Positions 42,205-54,891 of a DNA stretch of 64,000 nucleotides are shown here, in pieces (positions within the stretch are counted from its first letter, which is position 1; every line of letters begins with the position of its first letter). The translations under genes were made by a program, and so were the position numbers. Source of the stretch: Octopus vulgaris (lineage: Eukaryota); contig OX597815.1 in NCBI GenBank assembly GCA_951406725.2, positions 38,502,001 to 38,566,000 of the forward strand, given 5' to 3'. A model generated the notes under the pieces. The model worked only from the letters and a program-made list of their open reading frames with translations. It searched no databases and was not told where the DNA came from.

Positions 42205-42589
42205 GAAGTGTGAAATACTAACATAAAGAATCTACCAGCTCTATCAGGAATCGAGTCACCGCGCGCTGCTTACAGTTCGGAAAATTGCCGCTGAAAATGT
42301 GCACACAACTGCTTGGATTCGAGTATTATGCGTTCGGCCCGGTCCATCAAAGGCCGAAATGTGGCTTTATAGCACATGGAATGGCTTCTTTTTTGTGATG
42401 ATTTATTTGTCCTGCTAATCCCTGTTATGCATCTACTTTGTGGTTTTCGTGTCCCGCTTAGTCACGTTCACACTCTTACATTATTGAGATTTCCTCCAGT
42501 TCCAACAGGAACAGCGACTACCTTTTCACTATTAAATTGTATTAGGTCTAGTCGTTTTTGCTTCGTGAAAGGGAGCATGACTTTCTCTA

Positions 42590-43560
42590 TCTAAAGTTTA
42601 TACATTATTTTCCAGTGTCTTATTTTGGTATGCTTGCTTCTGGAATAGCATTCCATTACAGTTCTATTGTCATTTTGAGTCAATCTTTGTAGCAGTATTT
42701 GGATAACGACCAGGTCCATCCTGCTGCGCAGTAGAGCACTTGTCGAGCGAGTGACCTTCACTCGGAGTTCGTTTGTCATAAAGGCAGTTTTAATAATGTA
42801 TATTTGGCAATACACTCATAAATTGGGGTGAGTTGATAAGGTGTCACAACCACTATTTTTATCGACACACCATCTCTTAGTGGTTGCCTCTCTATGTAGA
42901 GAACCCTGTGAAGACTTTGTCTGCCCTTTGTTTTTTTATTCTCGCGCTGCAATAACGAAACCTGCTGTTTCCCCTTTCAGACCTGCCCTTTGTAGCTATT
43001 GGTGTGTTACATTTTGATCAATATCTGGCTTGGACAGGCGGTTAGCGTGTTTTCCATGCAGGAGTTTACCTTCTTTGCTTTTTGCTTGATGATTTTTTTG
43101 CATCAATGATAGGTTTGTCACTATCTGGATCTTGGGACTTTCTGATTGTTAATTTCTAAACCAGTAGCAATGGTAGGTCTGTCAGTATTTGGGTGTCTTT
43201 AGTTATTCTTATTGTTAACTTGTAGGGCGAGAGACTTTTTAAATTTGTGACTAAGCTTCATGACTGAAGCTTGATTGAAGCTTCATGCTTCAGTGCAGTT
43301 CGTAAGGTACGTTTCAAGGCCTATTATTGCTGATTTGAAGGATTATTCGACTCTTCTTATCTTCTTATCAAGACTCTTCCACTAATTTTTCCTGTGAATT
43401 AAATCCTGTCTACAGCTGATTTTGGATGGTGCATTCGGTACCGTGTAAAGATTTTTAAGGATCTTTCCATCCATATTCTGCACGTCAGTGAGACTCTACT
43501 TAATGATAACAAAGCTATATGCGGTTACTGGTATGGCCAAAAAATTGATCGCATTAATTC
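42590..43560 (-). mobile_element. Two abutting R4/Dong relics: a post-RT fragment and the 5' end of another copy
   Basis: 42920-43560 encodes DIDQNVTHQ*LQRAGLKGETAGFVIAA. 42590-42915 has a 5' UTR-like segment and LTQNDNRTVMECY, resembling the N-terminus in ORF 14719-15105. Confidence 0.65.
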
Positions 43561-43586
43561 TGTTTATTATTATCATTATTATTATT

Positions 43587-43682
<96 letters not shown>

Positions 43683-43684
<2 letters not shown>

Positions 43685-43898
43685 GGCGGCGAGCTGGCAG
43701 GACCGTTAGCCCGCCGGGCGAAATGCATAGTGGTATTTCGTCTGTCGCAACGATCTGAGTTCAAATTACGCCGAGGTCGACTTTGCCTTTCATCCTTTCG
43801 GGGTCGATAAATTAAGTACCAGTTGCGTACTGGGGTCGATCTAATTCACTGGCCCCTCCCCACCAAAATGTCAGGCCTTCTGCCTATAGTAGAAAGGG
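43683..43898 (+). mobile_element. tRNA-derived SINE family A in (TTA)n
   Basis: GGCGGCGAGCTGGCAG head, GAGTTCAAAT B box, central GCCTTTCATCCTTTCGGGGTCGATAAATTAAGTACCAG (Meta/Nin-type conserved domain, name from memory) and a (TTA)n tail. Confidence 0.88.
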
Positions 43899-43939
43899 TT
43901 ATTATTATTATTATTATTATTATTATCATCATCATTATC

Positions 43940-43978
<39 letters not shown>

Positions 43979-45029
43979 TATGTAGGCAAGTAGATTGGCA
44001 GTATCTATCGAATGTTTATCAAAACACGCAGTATTTTGTCAAATTCCTCTAGGGCCTATATCCAAATATCTTGTGCACATTTCTCTTTTTGTTTTGTTTT
44101 TCACTCCACGGTCGACAAAATGAATAGCAACAAAATATTGATGTATAAGAATCGGTTCTTCTTTCCTATCAAACTATGTCGTCTTCTGCTATAAATCCTT
44201 TTTACTATAATTATTTTCTTCCTGAAAAGGAAGTTTTATGTTTCTAATTTTCCAAGAGAAAACAGAACATCATGTGCTTCCTATGTATATTGAAAAATAA
44301 GAGCCCGAGAAAGCCAAACATAAGTTTGTTATTCGGTATGTTCGATAACATGATAATTTCGAGAGAATTTTATTACGCTAGCTGGATGGTTAGCTGAGAA
44401 ATGAAGAAGACTGCACTCTATTTTATATCTAAGAGTTTTGTCGTCATGGTGAGATAAGTTGGAGTCAGCGATCTAACTCATGAGCAATAGCTGCATCTTC
44501 GGCAGCAGCAGCAGTAGTATAAACGTAACAACAATAAATGCAATAGCTGCGACCACAGGAAAACAGCGACAGTATTAGTAGTAACAGCATTTGCGAAGCA
44601 GCGACAGTAGTTGCACGTCTATGGGCAACTGTAGAGGCTTTGCAATAACTGAAGTAGTAACAGTAATAGAAATCAGCTATGATATCTTCTTCACTTCAAC
44701 TGGGATGTTGATCCTTCCCTTAAAACGATGAGATTACACACTGCTCCTGAAACCATTTAATTGTCAGCATAACACAATTTCAGAATGATTCAAATTATAA
44801 GTTCAAACTAGGGGAGGGAGGAGGAGGCGAATATATCCGCCGCCATAATGAGAGAAATGCTACAAACCTGTTAATATAATGCAACATCCTAGATATAAAT
44901 ACTGTCGCGTGAGAGCCTATATAGGAAATAGGGGTATGTAAAAGTTAAACTCTGGGGGAGAAATACAATATCACCTGACCTTTTGACGAGCATATAATCC
45001 AAGAGATCCCAGTCAACTAACATTTGACT

Positions 45030-45740
45030 GAAATTATTCCCTGGATTTGCAAACTGAGCTCTTGTTCAGTTCAAAGATTCGCGAATAGAACAACAAATAA
45101 GAAATTTTAACCTGAGATAGATGAAAAAACGCTATATTTATGGGTTTGTAGATTATATTACTGCCTCGCTTCTTATTGCCCACTCTTCCTAAATTATAAA
45201 TGTTCAAGGCTAACAAATCTGATTGTAAAACTGGAAATCCCGTAGGTAATATTAATGATTGCCTTCAAATATTTCACCTCGACGCTCCATAGACCTCTAC
45301 TCCTCCCTCTTCTAGGGACGTAGAGTTGATGGAGTAAAACTTTTAGTGCAGGTTTTGATATTTTCTTCATATTTTTTTGTATTACAGTTTAGATAGTATA
45401 GGTCTTTTACATTCTTGTCGAACACTACAAGGCCATTACAAAGGGTACGAATAATGTTCTTCCAAATAATATCAATTTTTAATATTTGGTACTGTGAAAA
45501 TATACATTTTTCATGCACGTTGAAACACCTTTCGCACATACAGTTTTTACTCGCATCTACGTTCAAGTATTTGTAATTATCAGTGCCTTTATTATTCATG
45601 ATTTTTGGAAATACATAAAGAGTACCATTCTTGAAACACTTGTATTCGGAACTTCTTGGTGATTGACCCAGATGTTGTCAAAGCTGGCAAGGAAGATTAC
45701 GGTTATAAGAAATCCGCCATTTTAACAAAATAACTAAAGG
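45030..45740 (-). mobile_element. Possible decayed Penelope-like RT
   Basis: IIYKPIN...YLLFYS resembles the PLE motif YxKPT..xYL.F.S. Otherwise weak. Confidence 0.35.
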
Positions 45741-46729
45741 TTACAAGAGTGCCCAATGATAAACGTATATTGACATATTCACGACGATTAACAATAATGT
45801 TTACAGTTAAAGATATTTAGGAGAAAATATAATTATTATTGTTGTTGTTATGCATGTTTCTTCTTTCAGTTTTTCCCGTTTTTTGCCGAGTGGTGTGCCA
45901 GTTAAAACAATTTTTTGCACTATTTGCAGGGGGTGATAAACCAGACAAAATTATCAAATTATTTTCAACTTCTTGTTTGATCATTCTTAGTACTCCTACA
46001 ATAGCTGGTATTGTAAATGTGTCATAAGTAGAGTGTGTTATCATGCATTAAGTTCTTTGATGGCATTTCCTTAAAGTATGTATCGTATGAATTACATTTC
46101 ATTATCAGCTTTAGGTGAGTGTATACCGTATGACGTTTTGTCTTTTATTCAGGAGAAGCAGTTGCCTTGATTCCTTAGACGGCTCTTAAAATTGGTGAAA
46201 TAGAAGCAAGAATATATCCTCAAACCAGCAGCCTAAGCTGAACAGCTGTAATATACTGGACTATGCTGAAAGTGCCATCGATGGAGTCGTTAATCTGAGT
46301 GGCAAGTTAAATATAGGAGGCGAAAGTCAGATTTGATCTCAAAAATCAAGCAGCAGGAAGAAATACCTTAAAGCATCTGGTCCGATATTCTCACAGTTCC
46401 GCCTATGCACTACCTTGAAATGGTATATTTTCGATCCCAAAAGAATGAAAGCAAAGTTCACCTGTGCAGGATTTGAACTCAGACTGCCGGAATAGTTACA
46501 TGAAACATTCCATCAAACACTCTAATGATTCTGCCAAATTACACTCTTGTGTGCTGCGAGTCTACAGTTTGAAATGCCTTACATAATTGAAAGTGTCTTG
46601 TGCAGGATGCTAACTGTGTCTGGCACGACTATATTTGAATTGGTTATATTGCTGTAAGCCCTAATACACTTTGCATGATTTTTTGTCACATGTTTCGATT
46701 ATTATAGTTACACTATTTAATTTAATGAA

Positions 46730-47630
46730 GGCGGCGAGCTGACAGAAACGTTAGCACGCCGGGCGAATTGGGAAGCCGTATTTCGTCTGCTGCTACGTTC
46801 TGAGTTCAAATTCCGCCGAGGTCGACTTTGCCTTTCACACTTTCGGGGTCGATAAATTAAGTACCAGTTACGCACTGGAGTCGATATAATCGACTTAATC
46901 CGTTTGTCTGTCCTTGTTTGTCCTCTCTGTGTCTAGCCCCTTGTGGGTAGTAAAGAAATATATAATGAAGGTGGCGAGCTGACAGAAACGTTAGCACGAC
47001 GGGCAAAATGCTTAGCACTATTTCGTTTGTCTTTAAGTCCTGAGTTCAAATTCCGCCGAGGTTGACTTTACCTTTCATCCTTTCGGGGTCGAAAAATTAA
47101 GTACTAGTTGTGTACTGGGGTCGTTGTAATCGACTGGCCTCCTCCTCCAAAACGTCGGGCCTTGTGCCTAGTACACAAAAGAATATAACATAATGAAAGC
47201 GGTGAGCTGGCAGAAACGTTAGCATGCCGGGCCTAATGCTTAGCGGCATTTCGTCTGCTACTACGTTCCGAGTTCAAATTCCGCCGAGGTCGACTTTGCC
47301 TTTCATCATTTCGGGTTCGATAAATTAAGTACCAGTTACGCACTGGGGTCGATGTAATCAACTTAATCCCTTTGTCTGTCCTTGCTTATCCCCTCTGTGT
47401 TTGGCCTCATGTGTGCAATAAAGAAATAAGAAACGTTAGCACGCGGGCGATAATGCTTAGCGGTATTTTGTCTGTCTTTACGTTCGAAGTTCAAATTCCG
47501 ACGAGGTCGACTTTGCCTTTCATCCTTTCGGGATCGATACATTAATTACCAGTTGCGTCCTGTGGTCGATCTAATCGACTGGTCCCCTCCCCCAAAGTTT
47601 CGGGCCTTGTGCCTAGAGTAGAAAAGATTA
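46730..47630 (+). mobile_element. Head-to-tail array of four SINE family A units
   Basis: Units start at about 46730, 46970, 47198 and 47430, and two tail types alternate. Confidence 0.92.
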
Positions 47631-48318
47631 TTTAATATTACTGTCCAATCTTTTTAGTTTCAAAGTCTTTCACAGTTCTAACTCACCCTTCTCGTGTTAC
47701 TTTTAACCGGAGGTAATTAAGACACCTTATAAATCTTTGACCTTAGAGTAGTTTTTGTATCCACCTTCTCAATTCAGTTTAGAATTCCTTTTATTTTTAA
47801 CCGCTTCCGATGAATTCTTGTTATCTAAATGTTTGATTTCAGTGTAGCTTGCCCCAACTTTTTTTTATTTCGTTCTTTCCTAATATATATACAAAAATGT
47901 CAAAGTATCAGTCAAGTGAGGTTTTTACTTGACATCACTGTCGCACATCATTTCGAATCTGTTTCGGGTTGTTTTATTTTCGCAATTTTTGATGTTGTTT
48001 CCTTTTCCTCAAAACTGTCTATCATTCCAGCCTCTACCTTCTATATGATAGCTTCCTTCAAAATAAGAAAGTGAATTTTATTTTTTATTTATATATTTAT
48101 TCGGATATTTTTTGTGCTTTCTAGTTATATTAGTTTTCAGTTATTCGCTACTATTCGCCTCCGGGAATGTTTACTACACTGTGTAATTGGAATTTATATA
48201 TATGCACACACAAACACACACACACATATACACACACATACACACACACATACACACTCACAAACACACGCAAACACATAAACATTCATACATATATATG
48301 TATGTATATGTGTATCCA

Positions 48319-48373
<55 letters not shown>

Positions 48374-49139
48374 ATTGTCTTTAAATGATTTTTAAACGAT
48401 TAAAACTTGTAAAATAATGCAATATGAGGGGAAGAGTAAATATTTATTGAAATAACATATAAAGATTTATAAGAAAATTTTCAATAAGTAAGGAAAAGCT
48501 CTAAAATCTTTAATACATGTTAAAGGTTTATGAAAATATTTCTTAGAAACTGAAATGTGAAAGGTCATTGCTTGTAATGAAAAAAACTCAATCGTGGTAG
48601 TAATTTCATACCTGTGGTTGTTACTTTGACACAAACAGCTGTGGTTTTAATAATGCATATAAGTCATGGTTATAATTAAACATGCCGGTGGTTTCTAATG
48701 GCAAAGTTCAGGTCAATCTGGGGTCAATTGAAAGAGTTAATAACGCAACTGAATATTTGTAACGGAACACTTCAGCAGTGTTTTAATGGCGCAGATGAGT
48801 GTTGAATGAATTGAGTCAGTGTGAGTGTTTGAAGTGACATTGCAGTGGTGATTGTAATGACAAATACACAGCATCGACGGCAGTAAAATAGCTGGGTAAT
48901 GGTTGTGATGAAACAAACAGGTGGTGGTTGTAGTATCAAAGCTAAATTGTAGTTGCAATTTCTTCGAAGTATTTGTAATGATACTCCTGTGTTGTTTAAA
49001 ATGAAATAATAATGTAAATCTTTATGGGGAATTTTAATGAAGCTGATCATGCAATCTTCAGTTCTGCATAAGCCTGATGATCTTATTTCTGGTAATTATT
49101 ATTGTTTCAAAATTATTTATATCTCATCTCCATGATGGA

Positions 49140-50420
49140 ATTTAGGTGGGCTTACCCTTGGATAAGAAGTCATCACCTCTGACTCCAGCCATCCAAGCAC
49201 TTTCGAATAATCTTCTCAATCCCTAACAAGCAGGCCAGCTGTATGTATTGGGTATGCTTCTGCAAGTCAATCTTTTGTGCACTCTTTTTGAGCTTCTTTC
49301 CTGTTCTTCCTAATCCTCAAAGACAATTGGCACGAGCTTACTTTTCTGCAATCCCACAATCTGCTTATCTTTTTTCGGGTCCCAGTATACATCTACCTTG
49401 TTGATTTCTTGTTGGTTTCTTTTTCTCTTGTAAAAAATGGACAGGCCACATCAGTTATGTAACAAGTTTGTTCCCTTCTCTCAGTCATCTGTACATCTAG
49501 TCTAGTATGCTCAATTAGATGATCCGTTTGGATAAGAAAGTCTCGAAATATTTAGCCTTATTTTCTGTCACATTTTCAGGTGCACGCACATTCGTACCAT
49601 TTATGTCCTGATGGAAGTCCATACTCCTTACACATTTCCCAGTGAATGTGCTTCGCAACCTTATCATGTACTGTATTTAGGCGATTTGGAACATTCACTT
49701 ACTACGTGGGTCACTGTTTCTTCTCATTCAGCACACAACCTGTATAATGGCGACACATGTATTCCTGCCTTACATTTTGTACTATTTGTCCAGAGGGGTT
49801 GATCCTGAGCTGCCATCTCTAATCATTCTGCCTGTTTTGACAATTCCTTTTTCCAACCATTTACAAGTTTATTCGCCTCTTTCCGCCTCAGAACACTTCA
49901 TAATCTGTGGATGTAAATGGTTTTTCCCTATAACTTTGATTTCTCCTTTAGAGTACTTCATCTTTTGTTTCTCCGTCTCCTAGCGTGTTTTTGTTAACAT
50001 ACTGGCTGAGACTTTTCACTTCTGTGTTCACGCAATCCTCCTTCTGAGCTTTTTGACCAATAACTTGCAGTTTCTCTTGGTTCCAATTCACAATATCTAC
50101 CACATATCTCAAGATAGGTCAAGAGGGAATAATTATTGGGTGTTAATAGACAAGATGATACTAAAGAACTGCAAAAGAAGGTCAATGGGACTCGGGAAGA
50201 CGTGGATTACAAAATAGGCCTACGATATGGTACCTAATAGATAGATAGGAAAATGTATGGAGAAATGAGTAGCAGAGAATATACAAAGCTTGTTAAAGAG
50301 AAGTATGACAATCTGGAAAATGGAATAAACATCTCAACGAAAGTCAAGGGGTACAAAGAACATTAAAAGAGGGATATTTCAAGTAGACAGTTTCTCATCA
50401 CTCTTGTTTGTGCTGATATC
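49140..50420. mobile_element. Decayed R4/Dong copy: 3' part on minus, RT part on plus
   Basis: Minus 49140-50100 has EETVTHVVSEC, HDKVAKHIHWEMCKEY and LACLLGIEKIIRKCL. Plus 50110-50420 has WITK/AYDMVP and IKRGIFQVDSFSSLLFVL. Confidence 0.7.
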
Positions 50421-51178
50421 ATCATCACCATCATCATCCTCGTCATCATCATCACCATCGTCATCATCATCATTATTATTATTATTATTCACAGAAAGAC
50501 CGCCTTCCGGGCTGTTTTCTGCTAGCTCCTTGATAATATTTTAAAATTTTATTCCCAACTCTAATAATGTTTATATTTTACGTCTAATTAATTTTCTTGT
50601 ATAATAGTGCTCACTTGCTTATTAAGTATTGCTTTCATTATTTTATCACAGTCATAATCTCTCTTTGTTAAACAAACATCACGGTAGTCCAACAACAGAG
50701 GGAGAAGCAGTTTGTCAAGTTTTAGCTTCCCCTCTGTAAGCTTTGCAGTGTGTGTGAGAAAAAGAGGGTGGAGAGAGAACATTGCAAACAATGAATGAAA
50801 TAAGCATGAATTGAAAAAATCATAAAAGTAAAAGGGGATTACAGATGTATACGCCCCCGACTTTGTTGCCTCATGACATCCAGAAAAATGGATACGTTTT
50901 AGCAAAAGTTTCTACAAATGCCGCTTGAGAGTATATAGGGATTTATGAGAAAGAATTTTTTCCGATGAGGTGACGAGAGGAGTTTTGGAAAATTCACACA
51001 ATCTGATTTTTTAGGGTCAGTTTTTAGGGTTACGGTTAGGGCTAGTTTTAGGGTTAGTTAGAGTTAGTGTACCATTACACGTACATTTAAAATATTTTGT
51101 GCGTAACACCTGTATTTAAGTAATACCGTTAAGGGACCTCTGTATTTAAGTAGTACCCGTTTCACAAAATTTCATTTG

Positions 51179-51268
51179 TGTCAAAATATTTTCTTCGCTT
51201 TGAAACTACGACCTGTTCACTGACAAAACTTCGCAAAAGTAATGCAGCATGAAGTTTTGTCAGTGAAC
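51179..51268 (-). ncRNA. Candidate G3:C8 variant hammerhead plus a short inverted repeat
   Basis: UGUCA-GUGAACA-GGUCG..CGAA-GAAA-AUAU-UU^UGACA at 51179-51225, with an 18-bp inverted repeat at 51215-51232/51251-51268. Confidence 0.4.
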
Positions 51269-51919
51269 TGCAAACACACACACACACACACACACATACA
51301 CACACATTCATGGTTTTCATTTGTGTGTATGTATATTTATGTATGTGCGCGTGGGTATCACTGTTGAAATCGCTCGTTAAACTTGTTTATGTATATATTG
51401 GCTCGGTGGTACAGAGCGTTGGGAGACTGTGAATAAGTTGCAAGTTTCGAGTACGTGTCGGTAATTTCTTTCTCTTCGTCTTCTAATAGAAATTACCCAA
51501 CTTTCTTGGATCTTCTTACAGCTATCCCGCGTTCAAAAATTATACGGGTATTTTTAAAATGTTCATTCAATGAATAATAAATAATGTAAACGTTAATAGA
51601 ATAATAAATAATAAATTACGTATGCATTAATAGAATAAACTGTCGGTTCTCCAAAGAGCGAATGGAAACTTAAAAGTGAAAGTGAATGCAATGAATATTT
51701 AAATTTGTTAATTAGACGCAGTGAATGCTATGAATATTTAAATTTGCGAGAAAATTGTTTCTTTTTAAATTTAAGAAAATTGAGAAATCGAAATTATAAA
51801 TTTCTTAGAACAAGAATTTATAAAAAATATTTCCAGCCCTTTAATAATTGCTTTCTTTTAGTGATTTTAGTAATTATTACATACCTAATTAATAAGCACC
51901 TTTCTCCATTATAGTATAG

Positions 51920-51965
<46 letters not shown>

Positions 51966-51966
<1 letters not shown>

Positions 51967-52441
51967 ACTGTGGCGTTTTTTTTTGCAATAAAATCGATGT
52001 TTACAGTTTCGAATTTTCAGGGAAAAATTACCGGTAAGAAAAGGAAGGTAAAATTTTTCCACAGAAAATTGTAGATATTAAGGTTTTAAGATTTACTGGA
52101 GATGATTTTTTTTTTGTCTGTCCGAACAGAGAAAACTATAGTGTTCTTGGAATAAATATGATGATTATATTTTCGAATACTCAGGGGGAAAGGAAATGAT
52201 AGGTATTCACAGACGGTGTAGGTATTAAAGGTTTTAAAGCTGATCGTTTATGTGTTCGAAAGTTGTAGTAACTTATTTTGAAGGAAATTCAAAATATTCA
52301 CAGGAAACAGCTAATATTCCAGTCTTTTAGAGTTATTTTTCAGTTGTCTGGCTGGGTTGTATTAGTGTTTGTGTGTCTTCAAGTGCTGACAGGTCAGAGC
52401 AGCGAAGACCACGTCCAGTTGCTATCACGTCAAGCCGACTG
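51966..52441. repeat. Repeat 'U', shorter copy between (TTA)n tracts
   Basis: Colinear with about 18260-18771. Confidence 0.8.
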
Positions 52442-52465
52442 TTATTATTATTATTTTTATTATTA

Positions 52466-52550
<85 letters not shown>

Positions 52551-52554
<4 letters not shown>

Positions 52555-52846
52555 TAGTTTTATTTTTATAGCGTGCTTTCACTTCACTACCGAGCGCAGC
52601 TCTGTGTGCCTTGGGTATGTGCTGTGATTTGTTGTGATGCTCTGATGGTTATTGTATGGAAAGTGTTCTGCGTAGGATGTGTGCAGTGCCTAGTAGTGCA
52701 ATTTTCTGTATGTTATATGTGTTTGTAAGTCCTGGTGTTTTTGTTATGTATTTGTCTGAATATTTTTTTATCATGCCTAATGCACCTACTATGATAGGAA
52801 TTGTTTCTGTTTTCAGGTTCCACATTCTAGTTACCTCTATTTCCAG
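52551..52846 (-). mobile_element. R4/Dong family B, short 3' insertion
   Basis: Nearly identical to 57960-58250, with (TTA)n on both sides. Confidence 0.92.
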
Positions 52847-52897
<51 letters not shown>

Positions 52898-52898
<1 letters not shown>

Positions 52899-54488
52899 GA
52901 AAGCTCACAGCTTATTTTGATGGGTATAACGGAAAGTGTCAGCTGTCCACAGCCAGAAAACTAAGGTGACACTTGTTTACTGGTCATGCTTCAAGAACCC
53001 TGCGAAGAATTCTTGCAGTTCCAAGCAATGCTGATTTTTGTAGGTGTTGTACCTTCACACTTGCACCGATCTTTTATTCAGCCATGTTGGTAGTTGAGTG
53101 CTGATACTTCCAAGTGCACTAATTACTATTGGTATCACGCCTACTCTCTTCATTGTCTACAACCTTCGTATTTCGCACTTTAAATCATCACAGTTGTTTA
53201 ATTTTTCTTCTTCTTTCACATTGATCCTGTTGTCATCGAGGCATGTTATGCCGATTATCATAATGTTCTTTCCTTTTTATTCACCACAACAATGTCTGGT
53301 TTCCGATGTCTGGTCAGGTGATAGCACTGGATCATTGCATCCACAGGATTTTGCAGTTCTCGTTTTCAGTGACTCATTATGGAATTTTCTCATACCACAT
53401 CTTTACTCTTTGAAGGCTGTGACTTCCACAGAGCCCCCAATAGATCATTCTAGCCACATTTTCGTGGCGTCGTTTATATACGCGTTGTGCCAATTTCGGG
53501 CATTCACCCCTCTCACCACACATTCTGCATTTGTCGCTATCGGTAGTGTTGTCAGTTCAGCACTTTATATAATTGGTCTTTAACGCTTGTTCCTGATTTG
53601 CGCATATGAGTGCTTCTGTCTGTATCTTCAGATCACTCCACCTCATACATAGCCACCGGTCCTCTGTATCTGTCTTGGCGTTCACATCTCTTACAAACTG
53701 ACGTTTATTTTCTCTTCCTTCCATGACTTTCCTTTTCTTTTGTTCATTTCTTGTTTAAATTTATCTTTAGACACAATTTTCAGCTTTTATGACGCCGGTC
53801 TTCTTCAGGTTTCAACAATGGCTCCACGGCATTTTTTATATACTACCTTAGGCTGTTTTACTCTGCTTTGATGCAGTCCTGGCAACAGATTAAACCTCTC
53901 CCACACTTTCTTGTGGACAAGTACAGCCTATCGGTGTCACTCTTAGGGTGACAGTCTCCGTGCACTGTCAACATTTTTCTGGTCCTGGTATCCATTTTCA
54001 TCATTTCTTTCTGTTGCCATTTTATAATCCTCGCTCCATACCGAAGTGATGCTATCGCCCACGTATTAACTGCTTGGATTTTATTCCATTCAGTCAATTT
54101 TGAGTGCAACACCAACCTTAGTCTTCGTAAATACTCTATCTTCAGCTGCTCCTTCATTTCCTTTTCCATTATCTCGTTGTAATCTAGTACACCAAGGTAT
54201 TAATATCCTTCCGTTTCAATTTGCTTAATCAAGTCTTTATTCGGTAATTCTATCCCAACTAGGAACTGTACCTTGCCTCTTTTTAGGTAGATTACTTCGC
54301 ACTTCTTGAGTCCAAATTTCATTCTAATATCAGTATTAAAACAGTGGAACGCGTTAATCAAGGAACTCACTTGTGTCTCATTTTTGCAATACAGTTTCAA
54401 ATCATCCATGAAGAGGAGGTGATTGATTGTTTGGGATTTTTCCTTTAGTTAGTACCCTAGGTTCATTTTCCTGAGTACCAATGTCAGG

Positions 54489-54489
<1 letters not shown>
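52898..54489 (-). mobile_element. R4/Dong-like retrotransposon, 3' half
   Basis: MDDLKLY, FGLKKC, CGRGLI, ANQEQAL, RRHENVARMIYW, PIVISALG and ALLGTARILRRVLEA*. Confidence 0.9.
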
Positions 54490-54566
<77 letters not shown>

Positions 54567-54825
54567 ATTATTATTATTATTGTTATTATTATTATTATTA
54601 TTATTGATTCTTTGCATTATAACTTTATTTCAGCTGCCTTAGTACCGGGCATCGTCCGGAGACCAAGAGTAGTAAGGGTATTTTTGTATTGCTACGTATG
54701 CTAAAATTATCACCACCCTTATTCCATTTTAGATGGAGAGTGTTTTTCGTAGTATATGGGACGTACCCATCAAGGTTATCTATTGTAGTTCACGGAGATT
54801 GGAGTTATCATCATCATCATCATCA

Positions 54826-54890
<65 letters not shown>

Positions 54891-54891
<1 letters not shown>

